Source: Haliotis rubra
Lineage: Eukaryota
NCBI RefSeq assembly: GCF_003918875.1
Contig: NW_025767300.1
Coordinates: 186,001-250,000, forward strand
DNA length: 64,000 nucleotides
Direction: 5' to 3'
Under the pieces are notes generated by a model. The model saw only the letters and a program-made list of their open reading frames with translations, had not been told where the DNA came from and ran no database searches. Below, piece by piece: positions 1 to 12,400 of this stretch; the stretch's first letter is position 1, and each line of letters starts with the position of its first letter. A program made the translations under genes and the position numbers.

Positions 1-74
1 TTATAAACTTGACAGTGTGTTCAGTTACTGTATGATAACATGAAATTAACAAGGAAGGCAACCTATCAACTCAC

Positions 75-3000
75 ATCTTCAAGTTCACCATCATCCTTTT
101 CATCATCTGACGATGACAGTTCCCCATCCTGCTGAAAGATTACATCACACAATGTAAACAATTGTAAGCTACTGATCTTACTCTTGGTTAAACAAGAAAA
201 ATACTGTTCATGTTGAGGCCTTTGGTACCGAGAATCGGAAAACTTGAACATGCACATTGGAACACTCCCTAGTTTCATGCTTCATGTAACAAAATTGGTT
301 ATCTGCCCTTGCAATAAAGTACTCATTTCTGGGTAGTTACTGAATGGACACACAGAGTTACAAGTTATCACAAGTTAGTTCAATCCTTTGAGAGTAAGTG
401 AAAGCGTTCTGTATTCATTTTCTGGTTTTGTTCACTACATAGGTGAGTTATTCTTGAGTTCACAGGTTATAAGGGCCTAAAAACATTGTTGTGGTTCCAT
501 TTACCCGACCGACAATTGAATTCTGGAGCCGACCCTATTTTTTCTCAGCGGTATGATACCACTGGTTTTTCCCGGCAATGGCAGACATCGGTCATTCTGA
601 TGGAGAAAGTCGACATGACGGCTGCAAGCTTGATTGCATAAACAATTACACACTGATAAATGTGTTATTAGTTGTGCTTTACTTCTAAAAAAAATATGTA
701 AAAACAAATTTAAAATCCTACCTACCATAACTCAATTTTAAAGAGATGTAATGGTAACCACAACATTTTTTTATTTGGCCTAGATTATTTGACAGGTTTA
801 CAATAACACAAACGTCATCATACATGGTTAGCAACTATTGAAACAGTTTGATCAACTTGTGTAAACAAATTCAATGCACTTTATACGGAACATGGAAGCA
901 CTGTCAAAATCGAGCTCTCAATTACAATGTTCATTTGTAAGCTTTGTAAAATGTCATTGTTACCAGCCAAGCGGAATTAACTTGACACGCCAAAAATAAT
1001 CCAATATGCCCATATGATTATTGTTTACTTTATCAATGTAGGCAAGGAAGAACTGTAGTTTTCAGATAAATTTTATATTTTACAGTATTCCATCAAAATG
1101 GGAGGCATACCAAAGTAGGCTTCATACATTCATTGTGCCTCATATAATCCTTTTCTTCCAACGCTTAGAGAAGAAGACAAATGATAATGGCTACCATGGA
1201 TACAGTAGTTGATAATTAACACCCCTTCAAACAGGTGTTTCACATTATGGTAGCACTACATCAGCTTAAAAAAATAGATTCAGTAGGAAGGTTTTCTATT
1301 TCTTTTCAGATTCATTACTAGACAGTATGACCCACCCTTTTGATAGCTTTTACTTTCTTCTATGTAGATATATCTTTAGAAATTAAGATTACCACACCTG
1401 CTCCACTTGTAACTAAGCTGGAGACCATTTCTCCTACAAGTGATTTAGACAAAAGATACCCAGCTATATAACTCAAAGAATGGTTGTTCAGTGTTAAGAA
1501 GACAGTAAGTCTGCAACTACAGTGAAACCTGTCTAAACCGAACCCCATGGGACCGAAATAAAATACTGGTTTAGACAGGGTGCTGGATTAGACACTCATC
1601 TTTGATCTTTTGTAATTGTTCAACAATGAATTGGATTAAGGGACCTAGATTGGGCTGCTCATATCCATGACGGTTTAGAGCGTTTGATTCATCGCGCAAT
1701 CACTACTTCCTGATTATCTAGCATGCCAAGAGGATTAATTAGTGTATTGGATTATGGATTAAATTGTGTAATGTACAAACAAAAATAACTTTTATAGTGA
1801 CAATGCATAGTGACCTTCTTGTGGTTGTTCCAAATAACAGAGAGTTGTGATCACTTCACATATAATTGAGCCAAAACGTGTAGAGTTAATACTACTAAAT
1901 GAATTTGTGAATAAAGTTAATTAAATAGATGCAACTGAATGCAACTGAATGTTTTATAACCAAACAGTGTAATAATAAGAGTGTCACTTTAACATGTTTA
2001 ATGAAGAAAAAAACATTAAAGAAATGGCTCAGTATGTTTCCGATTTGACCACACAATCAATCAAAACCAATAAAAAAATTAAAATCTAAATGTTTTCTTT
2101 CTTGGAAATGAGTTCAATAATATCCATAATACAAAAATAACTATTCAGGACCCTTAAATTTCTTCACTATTATTTGTACACAAGACAACAAATTCTTCCA
2201 CAGTTTCTTTAAGAATGTTCATGTATTCTTCTGAATGTTACAGTTATAAATCCCACATAGATAGATAATATACCTTGGACTTATAAATGTCTTTATCAGT
2301 AAACCAAGTCAAAAGTAACATGGGTCTTATGATTCTTTTAGATATAGTCAGGTTTTTGTTTGAGTTGGTCTGTGCCCTGTAACCATAGAACACGGGTAAC
2401 ATAAGTAACCTCCCCTGAACAAACAGGATTCTAGTATAGGGGCATGACAGCTGTAGAAACTCACTCACTTATCCTCATAATGAAAATATTTCAGTCAAAG
2501 TGACATCTTAAAGGTTTCAGATTGAATTAATTTCTGATATACTATCTGATACTCCTGAAACTATTTCAACTTTGGTACAGATCAACTACTTCAGGAAACT
2601 TTGCAAATTTCACAACTTAGCCATAGTAAATTCTGTTTACAACTATCAACTAGGAACTGTGCACAAGCATAAAATATTAATAAAGGTATCTTTTACCAGG
2701 TTTTATATGCTGTTCCAAATGGTGATGGTACTTATTCCTTTTACTTCAAAATGCTACATATCAAAACTAAACAAAATCTCTTCTGCATTTGCTGGCTAAT
2801 GTTGAAAAGACTATTGAAAGTTGCAGAAGTAAGAAAAAAACCTTTTCATCTCCATCCTTTTGCCTGTCCTCATCTTCTCCTGCATCCTTGGCGTCATTGG
2901 CATGCCCATGCATATCATCACCTTCCTCTTCATCATAATCTAGCTCTACATGCTCTTCATTGAAGCTGGTATTTGACTGCACCTTACCTGCCTTATCACT

Positions 3001-4323
3001 GTCTCTGTGGACAGGGGAAATATCATGACCATTAAGGATGGCTCTGGAACTGCCATTTTCACCTATCTCCTCAAATTTTCTTAGTGAATCTACACTTTCC
3101 ATGGAAATGTTCCGTAAGATATCTTTTTCAGGATCCTTTGAACTATGAACATCTGACTCTGGATCAATGTTACTTTGTGACACTTCAGAGCTACCCGATG
3201 TGTCATTAGAAGGTGCACTGCTGTGTTCTATTAATGCCCTTGGTGAGCTAGTAACAACACTACTATGTACAATGGGCACACTGGCATCGCTTTCTGAGAA
3301 TATTTGTGGTTTGTCAACACTCTGAGATACTTTGGAATCTGCATCAACCTGAGATAAAGAATGCTTGTCATCATGGAGGGAAGATTCTGATTCTTTTACA
3401 CTATCATCAGAATCTCTTGCCATTGCTTCCCTACTGCTGACTGCACTGTCACATATACCGTCCTCACTCTGTTCTGTGTTTCCTTCCATCAGGTCAAGAG
3501 AATACAAGTCTTCTTCTTCCTTTGAATCACAATGTTCCTTAGTTTGATGCTCAGCCATAGCAAGGTCCTCTGAAACCTTGTCAGTAGATGGACTCTGATG
3601 TGATGAGATGTGTCCTGAGCTGTCAGCATGTTGTTGTTCTTCTTCCTGGGCAAAAGAAGTTGATATTGCATCTCCTTGGTCAACTGTTGAGTCTGCACCC
3701 TGGTCCTCTTGTTGAAGATAAACTGCAGAGTCATTTTCTGTCATATATGATGGCTCTGGGGATGCAGGAGTGTCATCTCCCCATACATTCTGTACACCAT
3801 CAGCTTCTTCTGGAACAGACCTTGCTTCATCTTGCTCAGAACCTTCGGTGCCTTCTTTATCTTCCATTGCATCACTTGCTTCATACAAACGAGAACTTGT
3901 CCCACTCTGCAGTTCTTGAGGACTACCTGGACTCTCTTCATAATTACCTGGGCTGGGAGATGTGGGTCCTTCCACATCTTGCATATCAACAGGTGACCTG
4001 ATGTTTACATGCTGTTGTTCATCAACAACTGGAAACTCATGTTCCATAGGAGATGCATATTGAGCTGGTGGTGACTCTGGACTTTCTTCTTCACTGTCAC
4101 TCTCTTCAACACTTGCTTCATTTTCATTTAATTCAGCACTCTGAATGTCAGTTATCATAGATTCCTGACTCTTAGGATACTCTTCATCATAGCCATAGTC
4201 ACTCTGGTGTCCAGAGCTGGATGACTTATCAGGAATAAGAGCATCAATGTCAATTGTTTCACCATCTTTGTCTTGTTCGGTCACATTTTCTGGCGATTGT
4301 TCCATAAACTCCTCAGCTTCCAT
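75..4323 (-). CDS. ZC3H18: ZC3H18-like (CCCH zinc-finger protein 18), N-terminal exons only; gene continues off the left edge
   Basis: Coding exon 4323-2842 (494 codons, acidic, Ser-rich) ends at a GT donor; next exon 131(or 128)-75 encodes (Q)DGELSSSDDEKDDGELED. EEHVELDYDEE followed by DDGELED resembles the EHELDYDEE...DDGEIDD motifs preceding the CCCH finger of ZC3H18 (from memory). Acceptor before 4344 and a GTGAG donor at 4689 imply a non-coding first exon. The zinc finger itself is not in the window. Confidence 0.65.
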
Positions 4324-4689
4324 TTGGCTGGTAAGGAGTTATATCTGCATAGGAAAATATCAATACTGAGAGTTACAATTAAGCAGGTACATGCTTTCTT
4401 GTAGCAACGGGTTGATGTGAAACATGAAAAGGCGAGCATTAATAAAAGTTAAAAGTTTTAATTGGACAGCAATGACAGTAAAGTGACCATTGATTCAGAC
4501 ACACGTGTGTCGTGAATGGCATCTCGTCATTTTCCTATCCTACAACCAATCATGAAAATACTGACGCTGTTACAGTATGTCCAGGCCTGATCACATCCAC
4601 AAACCGTCTTGTCACACGTTTTCAGTGTCGACTCAAAGGAGACGCTTTGTCAGTCAAATTAAGGAATTTAAATGAAAGCAAATCCTCAC

Positions 4690-4893
4690 CCGTTGGCGAT
4701 TTCCTTAAACCTTGTCAATCTGACTCAGAAATGGCTATAATTAAATATGAATTAGTATGAAATAGTATCCAAAAAGATTAAAATCCTGTAAGGCTAGAAC
4801 ACCACAGCCTCTGGTGTAGAGGCCGCCATTGTTCTACATTGATTGGTCGAAGTAAGTCATATGATCAACCGGAAGTAATAATTTGGGTCAAAC
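4690..4893. promoter_or_regulatory. Compact bidirectional promoter, ZC3H18-like / CTNNBL1
   Basis: Head-to-head genes. YY1-like GCCGCCAT (4822-4829), reverse CCAAT (GATTGG 4841-4846), ETS-like ACCGGAAGT (4868-4876). Confidence 0.6.
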
Positions 4894-7800
4894 ATGGACG
4901 TAGGAGAACTGTTATCATACCAGGTAGTCTAATTATTATAGTAATATTTCTCCACAGATCGCATTACACGTATTGTGGATTTTAGTAAAGCCGCTTCTGT
5001 TGTAAAAAATCAAACTGCGTGTAATTTGGTTTCCCACTGAAAGTTACGATGGAATATACTCGCACGAGCACCTGTTATGTACCCTAAATTCGTCAGTCAA
5101 CGTTGTTTAACCGGCAGTGTAGTTGTCAGCTGGTATTTCCATTCATCGTTGTTCCTTAATTAGTGGGAAGGGGCCGTGTAAAGTTTAGTTAATTGGTTTA
5201 ACTCTCTGAAAAAAACACGATGGGATATATGGAGTGCATCATTGCTTCATGTGCAAGGTCCAAGTTGGAACACACAATGTGTGAAGTCCATTTCTGGTGT
5301 CCCCCGCCGTGATATTGCTGGAATATTGCTAAAAGCGGCGTAAAACTAAACTCAGTCAGCCAGTCAGTCCAAGTTTGAACAAATGTGAACAAGTTCAAGA
5401 ACCTTGTAATTCCACCATAACAATCCCATTCTGTTGAGTATTTGCACTTTAACGTGTTTAATGGAAGCACATTTTTTATTTCAGTTAAAGGTGGGGGGCT
5501 GAACTCAGGTTACCACCTTGAAGCTAATGAAGCCTAATATGTTATTCTGATAAGCCAACATCCTAGCAGTAGCAGGGGAGCATAGGCTATGACGTAGTGC
5601 TGCTTACCAAGTCATCAGCACACAAACGTTTACCTTTATGCACATGTGCAGTATCCAAATTGTTAATAAAACTTGAAACTTGATACAAACCCAACTGTTC
5701 GTAAAGGATTGCTTGATCAGAAAAGTGATCTAAGGTATAGAGTTCGGTGAACCCTACCCTATCTATGCTTAACACAAGAAACACTACCACTAAGTGTATA
5801 GAGTTGGGTGAACCCTACCCTATCTATGCTTAAATCAAAGGTGAGGTGAGGTGAAATTGGGTTTAACGGTATAGTGGTTGGGAGAATATTTACGCTATCA
5901 TATGACGACGTGCATGCGTGTGTATGAGCGGCTGCATGTACTAGCCCAGACTGAAGCTGATTTTATAGTGCTAGCCCACTGAGATACCATGCCGCAGTGA
6001 AGCATGAATACCCCACTCAGACACATTATACTGACTCGAGCCGACCAGTCCTTGTTGTACCCATTAATGCGAGCGCCAGACGAGAGGGGACCAACAAGTA
6101 CCATATTTTAACGCCTTTGGTATGATGTCTAAGGGTATAGAGTTGGGGATCGAACCCTACCCTATGCTTAACTAAGGTATAGAGTTGGGTGAAACCTTCC
6201 GCTATCACCCGGTGGATCGCTTAACTAAGGTATAGAGTTGGGTGAACCCTACCCTATCTATGCTTAACTAAGCTATAGAGTTGGGTGAAACCACTACTAC
6301 TTAACACGGAGGCGGTTTAAGAATCAAAGAGGTACAAGAGATCTGTGACGTGAGAGCCACAGTCAGCAATCTAAGTCATTTAGCGCTACAGTAAGGTGCA
6401 CTTGATAAACTGCAGTATTACACCAATCTGGGACAGGCAAATATATGGTTGATAGCAAGAACAACAATCCAAATCATCTGATCACAATGGCATACAGTGC
6501 ATCAATCAAACACTGTAGCCCAAAGTCAAATTAGTTCTGTAATCCTGGGAGATTCCAGAGTTCAAGCAACTTCATCCTATCAACCTTTTCTCTCTCTGAT
6601 CTAGTCTAGCTACAGAACACTATGATGTATAGCTGGAACAATGTAGATTGTGGTGTTAAACAGCATACACTCACTTCATGAACACTATGGTCTGAATTGT
6701 TTCTCACTTTGATTTGTCCAAGAGGCAAGATGCAAATGATTAATGATTGTTTGCAAAAGTTAATGGTGATGACCATCTGTCTGTCATGTATCATTGATGA
6801 GAGCACTGGCCATGCAGGATTATCACACAAATGAATGCTTGGGTACAATTTATTATGTCCCATTTGACACTTCTCTCCTGATAATTGATACCATACAGGA
6901 TTACACTGATAAAGTAAAGTTTTCTCTGGATCTGATGTTGTCATTGTTTCTAAGAATATGAATTATAATGGTCAGTTCTGATCAAAGTAGTATTCATATC
7001 ATTAATCAAGAAAATGGCATATGTGGGCAAATGTGGATGACCAAGTATTCTTAAGGTGGATGAGTACATCAAGGAATCATTGACCTGTCACTGATAAGTT
7101 TCATATAGTGTTTTTATTTAAGTACTAATCATCATAATTTTCAATGATTTACAGCCTGACAAACCAATTGCCAACCTAAAGAAGAGAAGAGATGACGATC
7201 GTCCTGAATATGATGTCCCTCGAAAGAGGAGGATGGGAGACGATGATGACCCTGAACGAATCCTAGAGATGGCTGATGATGACCTTCCAGTAAGTATTGA
7301 GGTTATCATCCACCACTGTAGATATTTTCTGGGGAATAAGTCTATTATATTGCATGGAATAAAATTAAGGGCATTTTAAGCATCACTGAAACATCTTAAA
7401 AAGAATACTTCATATCCATCAGCTGATAAATAGGAGTACATTAGGAGTGACAGGTTTTGGCATCAGAACATGAGACAAGAATTGACCTTACTGTTTGTAT
7501 AAATCAAAGTGTTATTTTTCAGACTGATGTCTTGGATGAGACAAATCTGAAGAAAATGTTGCTGCAGTTTGAAAAGAAAGTATACCGAAATCAGGAAATG
7601 AGGATAAAATTTCCGGACCTGCCTGAAAAGTGAGTTGTCAGTTTTGTGAAAGTGGATGACATTCACCTTTCAATGTCTTACTGGTTTTTACAGATTTCAT
7701 TCATCCATCACATTCATAAGTAATATCTGACAATGTTAGTAAGTTTTAATAAATAGGATTATTGTCAATACATCAGTGCTTCTTGGTTTCATATGTATTA

Positions 7801-9340
7801 TGTCTTGATGGACATGCATCCATAGCTTTCATCACAGTTCCTAATTGGATGACAAACAAGGCGAATCAAATTCTGGTGATGTTGCTGCTTATTTTAGTAA
7901 TTGAGTGAGTGAGGTGTGTTTAAACCTGTTTTAACAGTATTCCAGTTATATCATGGCATTTTGAGTTACTCACTTTCAGACTGGCTTGTGTGAAACTGAA
8001 CCCTTTTGGTAGCTACTGACTGACTTGTCAGCAGCCAGTCTTGATTGGTCCCAGCCAAACTAGTCTATAGAGCAGGGATTTACTTTGAGTCCTGTATTTG
8101 AGGGTCCCTGGGACTCATACTCTTGATTTTCAGGGGTCCTGAACAACAAAATGGGGGTCCCAGACACTTAAATATTATCATTAATACTATTGTTATATTG
8201 TGTATCATGATCATCACATTGTTACAGTAATTAAATTGCAAAACATACCATAACCCAGCTGGTAGCAAATTCAGTGATAACTTATTGTCACTTGATTGGA
8301 ATTTGTACAAAAAGTATTTGGACTTTTTCTGAGTCCCTGTGGGCTCGCTAATACATTTTGTTGCGTCCATTGTCAATTTTTATTTGATAGGACGCAGGAA
8401 TTCGCGTCCTGTAAATCCCTGATAGAGAATATTATATGTGATGAAATGATGTCAGTGTTACTTGTGCAACATTTGCCTCCCCATCAGATGAAGTGATAGG
8501 GTATCCAACATAGATATTTGCCAATACAACAGTGTTCCACACTGCTGACACAGGAACACTCAGCCACACTATAGAGTTATGTCCCTTGGGCGTTCTTTAT
8601 GAATATCCTACACACAACTTGTGATTGATACCAGTTTGGCAAACACCGACAACACCGCATGCGACAGTTGTCAATGTACGGAGAAATTGTTTACATTTCA
8701 TATATGGCAAGTGTTCTCTGTTTGGAAGCTGTTCTCCTCAAAGTTTCAATTATCTGTTTCAGCCAAGTCATAGTATTAAAGGGAATAATAAATCTTTAAT
8801 TGCATCAATACAAAGTTAAAAAGAGTGCGTGTATGCCCCAATATATACATTCTTATATATATATATGTATATATTGGGGCATATAAAACCACAATCAATG
8901 CTTCTTTATTTAAAATTATGATGAATATCAAGATCTCATTATTCACTTTAATCTGGATTACTTAAATACTGTAAAAATCTATCGCACAAAATGTCCAAAA
9001 GTAGTACAGGTGTTCAGTCAGGGAAATATTGCATAGATAAATAATAGGAGAAATTTATCTGGCATNNNNNNNNNNNNNNNNNNNNNNNNNNNNNNNNNNN
9101 NNNNNNNNNNNNNNNNNNNNNNNNNNNNNNNNNNNNNNNNNNNNNNNNNNNNNNNNNNNNNNNNNNNNNNNNNNNNNNNNNNNNNNNNNNNNNNNNNNNN
9201 NNNNNNNNNNNNNNNNNNNNNNNNNNNNNNNNNNNNNNNNNNNNNNNNNNNNNNNNNNNNNNNNNACTTCTCCCTGAAGATAAAAGTGAAACATGTTGGA
9301 TCAAAGATCGTGTCGTGTGATTATTTCAGAAACTTCTTCT

Positions 9341-9408
<68 letters not shown>

Positions 9409-12400
9409 AGAGAAATGCATTATTTATTTTTAGAGAAGTGTAGTGTGATGTAGTGCTTTAAGACATGCATGATAGGGCTGGGACCTATACTATTGTAATA
9501 TTCCAGAGCTCCAGATAAGATTTAGCTCATGTGGGTACTGTACCCACTGTATGCTTTTGGAGTGGGTATTATGAATGTTGAGTGGGTATTTCATTTTCCG
9601 TTACCCACTGCTTTCAAATATGTGCATTTTTCAGTCATTTTACTCACGTAAGTATTATGTCATTGAGTAAGTTTACTAAGCTGGTATGTTCTGCCTTATG
9701 TCATACCTAATCAAAACCAACTTAAATATAATGGAAATGATTTCATAAAAAATCATCCAATACTGACAGTACAACGCTTGTCCTATACTAACAGTACAAC
9801 TTGATAGCAATCGATGTCTTTTTCATTATGCAAGCGATTTTTATAAATATGTTCCGTACGCTTTTGTTTTAAACTTTTTGCGTTATCTAACATTTTAAAT
9901 GCGTAATTGGTACGCAAAAACTATTTTTCAATGCGTAATTTGAAATTTTCTATGCACATTTTTTACCTGTATACGCAGCTTATCTGGGCCTCTGATATTC
10001 AGATCTGTTCATGATGTATTTGGTCATGTGATGCTGAAAGAGATGAATACTAGTAATGTGCCTGTTTGTCCTACCTGTGACAGGTTTATGGAGTCTGAGA
10101 TTGAGCTGAATGACATCATACAGGAGATGCATGTGATTGCCACAGTGCCAGACCTTTACCATGTGCTGGTGGAGTTAAACACAGTGCAGTCACTGTTGCA
10201 GCTGCTCACACATGAAAACACAGGTATGTCGGCCATATAAAATCTTGCACACGTAGATTGAATTTGCTGGTATAATGGACATGTCAGGCAGGACACACTG
10301 GACATGGAGAAATTTCTGGTTTTTTTTTTTGTTACTTTATTTGCTTGGCCACTTTTTTGGATGGATTGCAAAAGTAAGCATATTGAACCGCAAAAGAAAT
10401 GCAACCTTTTATGAACTAGGGTTCAGACCATGGAAGAGTCCTGATGTATCCTGCTGTGGGTAATCCTATGGGAGGTCGGGGCCGTGGAATGGGTGTAGTC
10501 CAACTAAAAGACATGTTATGGTGTCAAGGATACATTTTGTCTGCAGGTTTGGTTAACATATCAGGTAACACAGATGCAATAACCTATGCCTGAACAAGCC
10601 ATCCTCCAGATAAGTCATGTTATATTCATGTTATGGTGTTAGTGGCAAGTATTTGTATGAAGTGAGTGCTAAATACTAATGTATCAAATTTGTTTTTACA
10701 GAAGAATGTTGACACTTTTGTTACTTCTCATATTTTTGCGAGTTCCATATCTTTACTGGATGTTTACCCAGACCCATCAGCAGTTGTTTACCCAGACCCT
10801 TTAGCAGTTGTTTACCCAGACCCTTCAGCAGTTGTTTATCCAAACCCTTTAGCAGTTGTTTACCCAGACCCTTTAGCAGTTGTTTACCCAGACCCTTTAG
10901 CAGTTGTTTACTCAGACCCTTTAGCAGTTGTTTACCCAGACCTTTTAGCAGTTGTTTACCCAGACCCATCAGCAGTTGTTTACCCAGACCCTTTAGCAGT
11001 TGTTTACCCAGACCTTTTAGCAGTTGTTTACCCAGACCTTTTAGCAGTTGTTTACCCAGACCCTTTAGCAGTTGTTTACCCAGACCCTTTAGCAGTTGTT
11101 TATCCAAACCCTTTAGCAGTTGTTTACCCAGACCCATCAGCAGTTGTTTACCCAGACCCATCAGCAGTTGTTTACCCAGACCCTTTAGCAGTTGTTTACC
11201 CAGACCCTTTAGCAGTTGTTTACCAAGACCCATCAGCAGTTGTTTACCCAGACCCATCAGCAGTTGTTTACCCAGACCCTTCAGCAGTTGTTTACCCAGA
11301 CCCTAAGCAGTTGTTTACCCAGAGCAGCAGTTGTTTACCCAGACCCTTCAGCAGTTGTTTACCCAGACCCTTTCAGCAGTTGTTTACCCAGACCCTTTAG
11401 CAGTTGTTTACCCAGACCCTTTAGCAGTTGTTTACCCAGACCCTTTAGCAGTTGTTTATCCAGACCCTTTAGCAGTTGTTTACCCAGACCCATCAGCAGT
11501 TGTTTACCCAGACCCATCAGCAGTTGTTTACCCAGACCCATTTAGCAGTTGTTTACCCAGACCCTTTAGCAGTTGTTTACCAAGACCCATCAGCAGTTGT
11601 TTACCCAGACCCATCAGCAGTTGTTTACCCAGACCCTTCAGCAGTTGTTTACCCAGACCCATCAGCAGTTGTTTACCCAGACCCTTTAGCAGTTGTTTAC
11701 CCAGACCCATCAGCAGTTGTTTACCCAGACCCATCAGCAGTTGTTTACCCAGACCCTTTAGCAGTTGTTTACCCAGACCCATCAGCAGTTGTTTACCCAG
11801 ACCCTTTAGCAGTTGTTTACCCAGACCCATTTGTTTTAGACCCAGTTGTTTACCCAGACCCTTTAGCAGTTGTTTATCCAGACCCTTTAGCAGTTGTTTA
11901 CCTAGACCCATCAGCAGTTGTTTACCCAGACCCATCAGCAGTTGTTTACCTAGACCCATCAGCAGTTGTTTATCAAGACCCATCAGCAGTTGTTTATCCA
12001 GACCCTTTAGCAGTTGTTTACCCAGACCCTTTAGCAGTTGTTTACCCAGACCCTTTAGCAGTTGTTTACCCAGACCCTTTAGCAGTTGTTTACCCAGACC
12101 CTTTAGCAGTTGTTTATCCAGACCCTTTAGCAGTTGTTTACCCAGACCCTTTAGCAGTTGTTTACCCAGACCCTTTAGCAGTTGTTTACCCAGACCCTTC
12201 AGCAGTTGTTTACCCAGACCCTTTAGCAGTTGTTTACCCAGACCCTTCAGCAGTTGTTTACCCAGACCCAGACCCTTCAGCAGTTGTTTACCCAGACCCT
12301 TTAGCAGTTGTTTACCCAGACCCTTTAGCAGTTGTTTACCCAGACCCTTCAGCAGTTGTTTACCCAGACCCTTTAGCAGTTGTTTACCCAGACCCTTTAG

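Noticed and set aside
9066-9265. Missing CTNNBL1 exon in the N gap
   Set aside because: Exons 3 and 4 join in frame through the conserved PEKFMESE motif.
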